Positions 1 through 11,700 of a stretch of DNA of 64,000 nucleotides are shown in pieces. The notes below the pieces were generated by a model. It made no database searches, was not told where the DNA came from, and was given only the letters and a program-made list of their open reading frames with translations. The stretch's first letter is position 1, and every line of letters starts with the position of its first letter. Source of the stretch: Vitrella brassicaformis CCMP3155 (lineage: Eukaryota > Protista > Chromerida); assembly GCA_001179505.1 (NCBI GenBank), contig CDMY01000376.1:372001-436000 (forward strand), read 5' to 3'. Both the position numbers and the translations under genes were made by a program.

Positions 1-662
1 TAGTCGGCCGGCTCGCTGCAGGACACGCCGTCCCCGCCCACGTCCACATTGGGGCAGCCGCACAGCCGATACACACGCATCTCCTCCACCACACCCAAGC
101 TGTGTGGCACACAGCTCCTCTCGCTCGACGGCACACATGACGCCGCCCTCTCCTCACGATTGTCCACTCTCCCGCAAGACTGACTCGCGTCGGCCAGCAG
201 CTGCACTCGGTGGGTCGCACCCCTGACGGACAGATCGAAGTGGCCGGGGAGGCGGGGGAGAGTGCACTCGGCCCCGACAGTGCACTCGTATCTTGGCTTG
301 TCTGATCCAGCGAAGCCGGTGCACTTGCCCTTGTAGCACGACCGCCCGTTGCCGCAGTCGGTGTCGTCCTCACATCCCCTCAGCTCAGAGAGGACGGTGT
401 TGCGGCGCTCGCGGGCCCATGCACCACGGGACGATGGCCCCTCAGCAAAGTCGGAGAGAGGGACGGTGATCACACGTTTCTGCACATGAAGCACAGCAGA
501 CAGGCAGACAGAGATCGCGTGTGTGCGTGCGCCCTGTGCGCCTGTCCATGTGTGTGCATCTACCAGGTGTCGAGATGTCGCCGCATCGGCGATGTTGGTG
601 AGTGAGAGAGCGAGGGAGGCGAGGGAGACGACGACGCCCCAGAGCAGCCGGGGCGTCACCAT
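1..662 (-). CDS. Secreted cysteine-rich protein, 5' part (runs off the window start)
   Basis: Exon 1 (662-564) encodes MVTPRLLWGVVVSLASLALSLTNIADAATSRHL, a signal peptide. A GT-AG intron (563-480) joins in phase 0 to an open exon (479-1): KRVITVP...GCEDDTDCGNGRSCYKGKC...YECTVGAEC...LCGCPNVDVGGDGVSCSEPAD. Confidence 0.65.
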   Translation of the reverse strand, partial: MVTPRLLWGVVVSLASLALSLTNIADAATSRHLVDAHTWTGAQGARTHAISVCLSAVLHVQKRVITVPLSDFAEGPSSRGAWARERRNTVLSELRGCEDDTDCGNGRSCYKGKCTGFAGSDKPRYECTVGAECTLPRLPGHFDLSVRGATHRVQLLADASQSCGRVDNREERAASCVPSSERSCVPHSLGVVEEMRVYRLCGCPNVDVGGDGVSCSEPAD

Positions 663-948
663 TGTGCGTGCGATAGGTGGGCTAAGGCAGTCAGCGGCGC
701 CTCGATGCGCCTCCCACCGTCATCTCCGTTGACGCAGACAGGGTCTTGGCCAGGAGGCTCCCGTACAGCGACACTGTAACGCAACGCACGGCAGAAAGCA
801 AGGCTGGTTTCCACTCCACCCTTGCTTGGCGATATCTGTGGGATTCAAGTGCCCATGCAGAGCAAAACTCCTGCTCGAAATGCCGTAACGCTTTTTTAAG
901 CTCGCAGACGTGCGATTCGTCCTCGGCGCCCTCCAAGCAGATCTTGTA

Positions 949-1731
949 ATGGCGTCGCCATCCAAGCAGCGTGGTGATGCTGATGCAAGCAGCTCGGAGG
1001 GATCCACTGCATCCACACAATCCGGCCACCAACACAACAGCAAGAAATCGCACGCGAGCATGATGAAGACCAACAGCAGCAGATGGCTGGCTACGCTGAT
1101 GTACTGTGTGTCGGACGTCGTCCTGCAGATTGCGCTTGCCTATCTGCTCACGCAGATCTTTGGCCCTATGCTCCGTTGGGTCAACAAGGTGGACTTCCAG
1201 ACCACGGCAGGATGGTTCGGCGCCATCTACAGCATCACGCTGGCTCACTCTCTCGCGCAATACTTCATCATCGCCACAGCTGTTGATCTTCTGGCCGATC
1301 ACGTCTTCCCCGAGTCCATCCAGCTGGCCACACACAAGCGGCGCAAGCTGCTGGAGGAAGAGGCAAGGGGTGCTGCAAAACAACGATCGGGGCCGCCTTA
1401 TGACTACGCAAACCGTGGCTACTTTGTCAACCACATGCTGTTCACCATGAGGTAGGTGGGCAGGCAACGAACGAGATCTGGGCCCCGGCCAAAGACAGTC
1501 CAGACAGACAGACAGACAGACAGACAGACGTGTAGTCACATCATACCATTGATATGCAATCAATCAGGTGGTGTGCCCCCATTGCTTTGGGAGCGGTCGT
1601 GTGGATGCCGCAGCTGCTGATCGACGAGAACCCTCCGCTGTGGCTCATCCCACTCAAGGTAAATGTGGTGACACACACACACACATGCCGTATGCACACA
1701 CAGACATACACACACCTCACCTCTGTGGCTC

Positions 1732-1765
<34 letters not shown>

Positions 1766-2801
1766 GCCACCCCTTAAACCTCACCAGGTCCAATGCGGCC
1801 TAGTGGCTGGCGACCTGGTGTACTACTGCATCCACATCTCTCAGCACAAATCGCGCACCCTCTATAAGTGGACCGATCACGGCTTCCACCACCAGTTCAT
1901 CTACCCGTGGGCCAGCACCAGCACATGGCTGGGGACTGTTGACCTGCTGCTCGCCGCCTTTGCCATTGGCGCCTGCAGCGTCTTGTGCACTCAGCTCGTC
2001 TTCGGCCGGTACACACGCACACACGCTCGCTACTTGTGTGCTGGTGTGTGGCGGGAGAGTGGTGCTCATATTGGTCTATGTGTGGCTGTGTGTATGTCTG
2101 TGTGTCTGTGTGTGTGTTTGGGGGGGTTTGTGTATCTGTGGGTGCGGTGCAGGCTTTCTTTGTTTGAATACACGCTCGTCCTCAAGTAAGTGCAGTTGGT
2201 GCGTATGGACCGGTGGCAGGCAGGGAGGGAGGAGACAAGCATGTCATGTGTTCACTCACTCACGCATCTGTCTGTGTCATTCATCGTATTGCCGGTCGAT
2301 GATATGATGTGTGGCTGTCAGTTATGTGCACGAGATGAACTGTGTCGACCACAGCGGGTGCGAGTTCCCCTTCTGGAGGTACTCTACTCACTGTACAGAT
2401 CAGATGTGTATACGGCTGGGGGAGTGGGTCCGACACCACACCCAAACAAACCGTGCATGGCATGTGTTCTCTGTTTCTTGGGTTGTCTGTCTATTGCTCA
2501 TTCTTCATCCTATCCAGCGGCTGTCCGTTCTTCCCTCCGTTGGGCTACTTGTTTAACCTCGACAAGAGCATCGCCTTCCACGAAGGTCAGTCAGCTCGGC
2601 CGTACACGCAACCAACATGGTTGCAGACAGACCATAGACAGATATTTTTCTGTCTTCCGTCCGTGTCTGTTAGCGCATCACAACTTCAACTACTACTCAT
2701 TTGGCCTGCTCGGTGTGGCAGACCAGCTGTTCGGCACGGCCAAGTATCCACCCAACTACCACCACAGCTCAGACGGCAGTGTCCAGAACAAGGCAGCCTA
2801 G
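949..2801 (+). CDS. Fatty acid hydroxylase / sterol desaturase superfamily membrane protein (multi-exon)
   Basis: Spliced product has TM helices and the His boxes YYCIHISQH, DHGFHH, VDHSG and FHE|AHHNFNYYSFG. Stop TAG at 2799-2801. Confidence 0.8.
1501..1529 (+). repeat. Intronic (CAGA)n microsatellite
   Basis: cagacagacagacagacagacagacagac in intron 1 of the hydroxylase gene. Confidence 0.9.
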
Positions 2802-3783
2802 ACGGACGGACGGACGGACGTGTGCACACGTCGACGGCTTAAGCCGTCCATGGCTGGCTACTGCCACAGAGAGGCGAAAGTCCGTTCGTCCGTCTACCTG
2901 TGGGTGGATGAGGGGAGCTGAGAAGGAATGTACAAGTGTGAGTGCGAGGCAGGGACGGGTGCGCGAGTGTACGTGTACTGTACAGCTGTGCACGTCAGTG
3001 AGTGAGTGAGTCACAGCTGTCAAGACGTGCACGGCGGGCGGGGCTGCGTTGGTTGGTGTGTTGAGTGGAGGGAGGGAGGGATAGATGGTTAGCTGGACAG
3101 ACATATCCATCGCAGGCACTGCATCAGTATCAGCGGTGTGTCGGCTCGGAAATCCGTGTGCCAGCCTAGCCATGTTTGTTCGTTCTTCTGTGTGTTTTGT
3201 GTGTCGAAGGTCAGTGTGTCGCTGTGAGCGCTTTTTTATCTGGGGTGGGTGAACACCACAACGCACGCAATGGAGACAGACGTATACGGAGAGTCGGTAT
3301 TTTTGAATCAAGTCACACAAACGACCGGCATCCATCCATCGCAACCAGAGCAATTCCACACCTACGGCACGCAGGCCGCGCAGCCAGGCAGACAGACATG
3401 CCACGCCATGCGTCGATTCGATGCATGGCATGGCCATCCGACAAGCAAGGCAACCAGCGCATTGCATTGCAACCAACCGCTCTAGTCACTTAGCCAGCAC
3501 CAAACAGGTCATCCACCACCACAAAAGCGTGCTTACGTGTCTGTCTAGACTGCATGAGCCTATCTATGCATCTCGACAAACGCAATTAACGACAAGAAGG
3601 AACGATCGACCTACGGTCCATTCATCATTTCTTAAATATGCACCACACGAAACACCATTGTACCACTCACTAACCTGGCTGGCCGTGTCCTCGAAAATTG
3701 CCATCTGTGCGTGCGTGCGTGCGAATCTGGCTGTCTGTGTCCGTCCGTCTGTCCGTCCGTCCACCCCTGTATCTATGTATGAG

Positions 3784-4554
<771 letters not shown>

Positions 4555-4622
4555 CTATTTGCGAGCTCATGAGCCAGGGAGTAGCCAGGGAGGTAAGGTA
4601 TCTTCGTCGCATCTGATCAACC

Positions 4623-6204
4623 ATGGCGTCCTCGGAGCAGCGCCCCGTACCCAGCCGAATGTAAGAGCATTCCACAAGCATGAAAGATCAGCACCGACAG
4701 GGGGCGTGTGCGCATTGTGTGTGTCAGGACGCTTCAAACGATGAAGGGCAAGAAGGTGGGTGCGTCCAAGGGCCACAGCCTGCTCAAGAAGAAAAGCGAC
4801 GCCCTCACCGTCAGATTCAGACAAATGCTCAAGACCATCGTCGAGGTAGGTGCGGTGCGCACGGCAGCCAGTCACCAGCCAGCCAGCCACACAACCGCAC
4901 AGATCAGCCAGAGGCCGGCAGGCCGGCAGGCAGCATCAAAGACAGCCGATTCATCTCTGTGCATCTGGGTGTCTGTCTGTGTGTGTCCACGTGTGTGTGT
5001 GTGTATGTGCGCATCAGACGAAGAAGGCCATGGGCGAAGAGATGAAGACGGCGGCCTTCTCACTCGCCAAGGCCGAGTGGGCCGCTGGCAACTTCAAGGG
5101 ACAAGTCAGTGTTTTAGGACAGGACAAGACAGGACAACAACAGGGATGCTGCAGACCTGTCTGTGTTGATGTGTGTCCACTCCACCAGGTAGTTGAGTCG
5201 GTGCGTCGCCCGGCCATCACTCTCAAGGTGACGGCCGACAACGTGGCGGGCGTGCGGCTCCCCATCTTCACACTGCAGCGAAACGAAAGCCTCGAAAGTC
5301 AGTCAATCTGCACACACGGGGAGGGAGGGAAGATACATAGATAGCTGCGTGCGACAAATGGCATGTATTGGTGTGTCCAATGCATTGGAATGTGTCTGTC
5401 TGCAGCGGTTGGTAATTTGGGTGTTGCGAGTGGAGGTCAAGTGATCATGGCGGCCAAGGAGAGCTACTTCAAGGCACTCGAGGCACTCATACGACTCGCA
5501 TCACTCCAGGTCAATCACACACACACACACACACTCACACACGCACGCACCGACAGATGCATGACCGGCCAGCCACACCTCTGTGTGTGTATGTGTGTGT
5601 GTGTGTGTGTGCAGACGGCTTTCTTTACGTTGGATGAGGCCATCAAGATTACCAACCGACGCGTCAATGCACTCGAAAGCGTAAGCAACACACGGGGCGG
5701 GGCGGGGCGAGCCCACACAAACCCGGACCAGCCGGCAGCAGCCCGACCCGACGGCTGGTCTGCACTGCAAGTATCTCTCTATGCATGCTATGTGTGTCTG
5801 TTCAGGTTGTGATTCCCAGGATCGAAGGCGACATCAGCCACATAATCACCGAGCTGGACGAGCAGGAGAGAGAGGAATTCATCCGGTAGGTATCCTTCCT
5901 GCTCGGCGCCGCCACACATCATTTCACACATGCCACACCACAGTCATGAAGACCTTTGTGTGTGTGTGTGTGTGTGTGCGTCAGTTTGAAGAAGGTGCAG
6001 GCCAAGAAGCAGGAGCGCGCCGCCGCCGCAGAGGCAGATGAACTCGGCGAGGCCGGAGGAGAGGGTCAGACAGCTTGACAGCCACCTGTCAAGAGGCGTC
6101 ATGCGTATGTGCATGGTATGGTTCGTGTGGTCACGTGTCTGTGGTGTGTGCTGTGCGCAGGTGGTGCGATATTCGAGGACGAAGACGACGACGTTGTATT
6201 CTAG
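4623..6204 (+). CDS. ATP6V1D: V-type H+-ATPase V1 subunit D
   Basis: Spliced exons give RPVPSRM|TLQTMKGKKVGASKGHSLLKKKSDALTVRFR...DNVAGVRLPIF...GGQVI...RLASLQ|TAFFTLDEAIKITNRRVNALE|VVIPRI...ELDEQEREEFIR|LKKVQAKK...EDDDVVF*. Confidence 0.95.
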
Positions 6205-6944
6205 AACCGACAGACAGATTGACAGACAAGACAGGAGGGAGGGGAGGGGGGCACCGCACCCATAGATAGCTAGCTACACAAATCGGCGGGCAGGGCAGGC
6301 GAGGGTCTCATCTCATCGGGTGTGGTGTAGGTGGTGCTTCGCTAGGCGCTTTCTTCCATCATGACATGACATGACGTGCCTGCCTGCCTGCCTGGAGTGA
6401 GTGAGTGACTGAGTTGCGTTTTTCGTCGCTGGTTTTGACCGACCGATGCGTAGACAGACAGACCGCACCTACCGTACGTGTGTTGTGAGTGACATGAGCC
6501 GCCCCTGGTCGGTCCGTCCGCCCAGTCTTTCTCTGGCTGTCTCACTCACACACACGTGTGGGTGTTCAATTGACAGACATGCATAGCCAGCCATAACACA
6601 CGCACTGACCGACCTGATATCACCATCCCTCCCTCCGTTGTTCACTTCACTCACGTCAAAATGAATGGCTTGCCTGTCCTGTCCTGTCTGCGCATATCAC
6701 CTCACCCACCGTACGTACCAAGGTCACTCCACTCGCGGCACCTTGACAAAAACGGGCACACCACACCACACCCGAAGTGTGCCACATGACACGCACCAAA
6801 AAGACGACACAAATTGCAGCCTGCCTGCTCCAAGCGTCACCGGAGCATCGTCGTAATTCAGACCCTCACCCATCCCCCCCCATCCCTGCTATCGACACGT
6901 GGGGGCTGTGCTGCTGACGCAGGCAGGACACTATGAGTGCGGCC

Positions 6945-7020
6945 AGGCAGGCAGGCAGGCAGGCAGTCGGTCTGTCTGTCTGTCTGCCTGTCTGTCTGCC
7001 TGTCTGTCTGTCTGTCTGCC
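6945..7020 (+). repeat. Compound tetranucleotide microsatellite (GCAG)n-(GTCT/GCCT)n
   Basis: ggcaggcaggcaggcaggcag followed by gtctgtctgtctgcctgtctg..., in the convergent spacer between V-ATPase D and the ABM gene. Confidence 0.9.
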
Positions 7021-7387
7021 CCCCTGTCTGTTTCAGTCAGCAACAGGCGGCCATCATCCGTCCTCCCCTCCGCCCCACCCATGGCATGCCCCACCCCACA
7101 CCAAACGACACCCACTGACAAAAGTGGCCATCAGCACGGCACGCACCATGGGTTAGAAAGGAGGGATGGGATATATATATAAGGATGAACCATCGATGCA
7201 TTCCATCTGTATGGCTGGCGTGGTCACCAGGCAGGGGCTAGTCACGGCAGCACGCTCGCCGGGCTGGGGAGCCTGAGCGCTAGCGTCACCGCACCGCTGG
7301 AGACTACCCAACCACACAAACCAGATGAATTCGTTAACCATCACGAAAGAGGCAGCAGCATTGGGACACCGTCAGTTCCCAGGTCAG

Positions 7388-8584
7388 TCAGAAGGAGAAA
7401 ACGGGGTACTTGGGTCGTCGGCTGGTGGGGTTGAGGAAGTTCCAGAAGCACCAGGTCATGATGGGCATTGCGATGTAGTTGTTGAGCACCAGCGCCAGCG
7501 TCAGGTTGACCAGTATGTGCAGCGGGGTGTTGTCCCAGTGAGCGTGGAGCGGCCCGATAAACATGCCCACCAGCACTACTATCGGGTACAGCCCCAAAAA
7601 CGACACCAGAATCGTCTTCCACCTGCATGTGATGTGTCCACACACACCAATCCGACCCAAGTTTCTCGTGTTGCGCCTCCTTCCCTCTCTCTGGCTGAGC
7701 TGACCTGGGTGTGGATTTGGGTGCCATGATGGGGAAGACGAACCAGTCCTCGTGCGACACCTCCACAGTCTCTGACTCGCAGTACTGACGCACCACCTCA
7801 AGGAAGGCACGCAGCTCCTCTGACTCCTCCCAACTGAAGCAATCAATAAACGGACGGGATGGGTGGGCGGATGGGTGGTCAGGTGAGGTGAATGAATGGA
7901 TGGACACGCAGGCAGGACGTGCACTGCACTGCACTGCACTGCACTGCAACGCCTGGTTGACATGCTCTGCTGTGCTGTGCCTACACTTTGAAGGCCTGAA
8001 GGCCCTGAAACTTGATGATGATGACGTACTCGGGCTGGCCGGTCGTGTGTGGACACACCACAGTGAAACCTGACACACACACACACACACGCACACGCGC
8101 CTCATTGGGGAATGAGTGTGCTGCCGGCTTGCCGCTGCGCATCGGACACACCTGCGTATCCTGGGAATCGTGACATAGTGTGCCTGCAGTCGATGAGGGC
8201 CCGCCTGAACTGCTGCTCCCATCCTGGTTTGACCACTCGCGAGATCACCTTGGTCACCAATCCCTCGTAAGCATCCTGCAGACAGACACACAAGGCAAAC
8301 AAACACGACAACCAGTGACATGCTCCGCCTGCCCTGCTGTCTCCTGTATCTTCACCCCATGACTGCAGACAACGTCTTCTTACCTTTGACACGAAGTCCT
8401 CCTTCACTGTCAACTGCTGAAGGTCGCCGTCTTGGCTCTCTTTTGACTCGTTCTCGCCAGAGGTGTCATCGTGCGGTGTGGTGCTGCCAGTGGGTGCTAT
8501 CTTCCGGCCTCCCAGCGCCGGAGAGCTCGGTTGAGTCGACTCCGACCTCACGTCGATTGGTTTCTTCGCAAGTGAAGCACCCAT
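7388..8584 (-). CDS. Antibiotic-biosynthesis-monooxygenase (ABM) domain plus two C-terminal TM helices (COG3224-like), with N-terminal MG extension
   Basis: Spliced: VTKVISRVVKPGWEQQFRRAL...SRFPGYAG|FTVVCPHTTGQPEYVIIIKFQGLQAFKV|WEESEE...DWFVFP...TPR|WKTILVSFLGLYPIVVLVG...NYIAMPIMTWCFWNFL. All four introns are GT-AG and in phase. Confidence 0.8.
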
Positions 8585-8661
8585 TCTTAGTCACCAGACT
8601 TCCGCTCGGCGATGCCTTCGACAACCACGCTTTTCCTTTCACCCTGCCCGACCTCTCACCA

Positions 8662-8677
8662 GCGAGCTTGAGCTCGC
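8662..8677. promoter_or_regulatory. Candidate promoter element: inverted pair GCGAGCT-TG-AGCTCGC in the ABM/PCF11 divergent spacer
   Basis: Perfect inverted repeat of a 7-mer that recurs in most upstream spacers of this window. Confidence 0.45.
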
Positions 8678-8777
8678 AAGAGTTTTGTCGCTTGGCGCTT
8701 TCGCTGGCGCCTTTTGGCGGGGTTTCACAGCGGCTGCCGTCGCCGGCTGTTCTGTTGATTGATTCACAGTATCAGTT

Positions 8778-11700
8778 ATGTATTCGGACCGCCGTGAGTA
8801 CTCGGACAGCCGTCGCAGGGATTTCCGTCGGCGTGAGCGTGAGCGAGAGTCGAGGGATCACCGGCCGCGGCACTCACACAGTCCGTCGCCGCGAACAGCG
8901 AGCCACCCGCACTCGCAGCCATGGGACATGGTTGAGCTGGGCAACCAGTTCTCGGCACAGCTGTCACAGCTGGTGAGCAACTCGAGGAAGCGCATCGAGG
9001 CTCTGACGGAGCTGGCGGCGCCCCTCAAGCCGTATGCACGCCAGGTTGTGGACCTCATCGAGAGGGAAATGCTCAACGTGAGGGAGGGAGGGAGGGAGAT
9101 CGGTCAGACAGGCAGGCAGACAGACAGACAGACACATCCAGTGCTCGTAGGCAGATCTGTGGATGTGTGTGTGTGTGTGTGTGTGTGTGTGATCCACCCT
9201 GTCAGGCGTCGGGCGAGCGCAAGCTGACTTTGATGTACCTGATCGACAGCATCGTGCGCAACAACCCGGGCGAGTACGCCATGGTGTTCAGTCAGCACCT
9301 CCCCGCGCTGTTCGAGGCCGCATTTGTGACGGCCGATGCGAGCGGCCAGCAGTGCCTGATCCAGCTGCTCACCTACTGGGACACCCACTTCCCCCCACAA
9401 GTGCTCACGCGCCTCCATGCCATCGCCACGCGACACACAGGGGGCGGCGGAGAGGCGGCCGGACACAGCTCACCGAGATACTCCCCTGCCAACGCTGTAC
9501 GTAGGGACACAACACAGAGCAGCGCTTCACCGAGAAATGGAATGCGTGCAGTGCACATGACATGTGGCTATATTGTATTGGGTGGCGGTTGTGTGTGAAT
9601 GTGTCAGGTGCGCCACAGCCCGCCGGCCGCTGCCGCTGCCGCTGCAGCTGCAGCTGCATCATCGTCAGCGAGCAACCACCACCAGCCGGACGGCAATGGC
9701 GATGCAGCCGACGCCCTGACGCAGACACAAATGCTCCAAAGTAATACACACATCAGACGGAGGGAGGGCGCCCGCACGTGTGTGCGTGATTGTCTGTGTC
9801 GGGAGGGAGGGAGGGAAGTGCGCTGGGCTGGCGGTGGCGCGGCGCAAGTGAGTGTTTTGGCGTGAGTGGCGTCCTGGTCTCTCTAGAGAGAGTTTGGTCT
9901 GTCTGATCTAGAGGGAGGCCAGCTGTCTGGCTGGCTGTGGCTGCCTTGTAGTAGTCTGCCAATGCGGCAGATGAGACCAACAGAACAATCTGTGCGATTT
10001 GCGTGGTGAAATCTGTTTGGTCATTTGGGTGCCTGCTTGATGTGTTGAGTGATGAGTGGCTGGCTGGATGGCTGGCTATATGTCTGTCTGCTGGACTGAC
10101 TGGCCGCCACCACAAGACCAAAAATTCGCCACGCCACCCATACCCCACCTCCCTCCCTCCCTCCCTCCCTCCCTCAATTCACATGTGTGCATGGTCGTGC
10201 TGCCCCGCCCTCCTCGCGCCCTCAATCACTCATTTCGTGTTCGTGTGCATTGTGTGTGTGGGTGTAGGTCTGCTTGAGGTGTGCTCACGCGACAGTGATG
10301 TGTCGCAGAAGGTGATTTTAACAGAACAGACACACAGAGAGAGACGACACTCTGTGATGTGTTGTGTTGTGTTGTGTTGTGTGGGGCCATCCATCCATCA
10401 GATGACGGAGGTCCTCCGTCTGCAGACGTCTGGTGAGGTGCAGAGGGCATCACAGCTGCTCAAAGCACTATACAGGTGGGTGCGGTGCAGTACAACGAGA
10501 GAGAGCCAACAAAGCATGGCATGGCATGTGATGTCCAACCAACCTTCCGCTGTCTGTCTCTTTCCGCAGGCAAGTGCACGGGGGCGGTGCAGGCGGTGCT
10601 GGTGCACCACCGTCCGACGCTGCGTCATCGGCCAACGCCAAAAGGCAATCAGGTGACTGACGAACCGACCAACACACCACACGCAGCGTAGATCAGATCG
10701 TCCTCCTTTCATAGTGCTGTCTTGCTTGTTGTGCCTCACTCAGTGAAGCGGCCCCATGAGTCCGTCGACAGTGGCAGTGGTCGCAGGAGCGACCCGTCAG
10801 GCCCTGCAGAGCCCAAGGCCAGGAGGCTCGCTGACCACAAGAGGCCCCCAGAGGCACCCGGCAGGCCGGGAGGCAGGGCGAGCATGCCGTCACCAACCCA
10901 GGGGAGGAGCACCAATGGAGGGCCAACACGGCCCAAGGCGCCACCGCCAGGCGTGTCGTCACGAGACCCTCGCATCAAAAGGTGAGTGAGTGACAACACC
11001 AGCGCCACCATGATAGATAGAGAGGCGATCACACGAATCACTTACCCCCTCGTGTTGGTCCCCTCTATCTCTCTTTGTTCAGCCGAGAGGCTGCGAGTCG
11101 CGGCAAGACCCCATCTCCCCCCGCCCTCCCACAGGTGCCCCGGCCCGTCGCCCGTCCATCCGTCCGTGTGCGGCCCCCCATCGAGGACGACGACGACCTC
11201 AGCCCCATCGACCTCGAGTCGCCACACGTCAAGGCTATGAGGAGGCAAAGCCCCACCAGCCAGCACCAGCATCAGCAGCAACAGCAGGAGCCACCCACCC
11301 ACGCGAGGCGGCCCGAGCAGCAGCCGGCTGTGAGCAGGCCTGCTCCAGCAGCAGCAGCTGCAGCAGCTGGAGGTGTTGGTGAGAGTCGGGCCAGCCCTAG
11401 TCCTTCCCCTGCTGCTTCTGGGGAGAGGGTTAAGAGTGAGGAGGGGGGCGAGAGGGATTTGGATGAGCTCGAGAGGATCTCCGAGGAGAGCAACGAGGAT
11501 GGGTGAGCCGACAGACGGAGGGAGAAAGACACAAGGAAGGGCAAGGAAGGGCGAAGTAAAGTCAGAGGTGTGTGGGTTGATGTGATGTCCTGTGTATGGT
11601 GGGTGCTTTGCTTGTGTGGTGTGGTGTGTACGCAGGCGTGGTCGTCGGAAAAGTGACCTCAATGGCGTGGGGCTCGAACCCATCGATGACGAAGAAGATG

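Noticed and set aside
691-1563. 290-aa minus-strand ORF overlapping the hydroxylase gene (likewise 23301-24011, 25944-26684, 40654-41295 and 44401-44961)
   Set aside because: Antisense shadows of GC-rich coding exons with no motifs of their own.
6945-7020. Regularly spaced short repeats considered as a CRISPR-like array
   Set aside because: Simple tandem tetranucleotides with no unique spacers and no cas genes, in a eukaryotic context.
8712-8721. E2F-like site TTTTGGCGGG upstream of PCF11
   Set aside because: Single occurrence, not repeated in other spacers; cannot be distinguished from chance.
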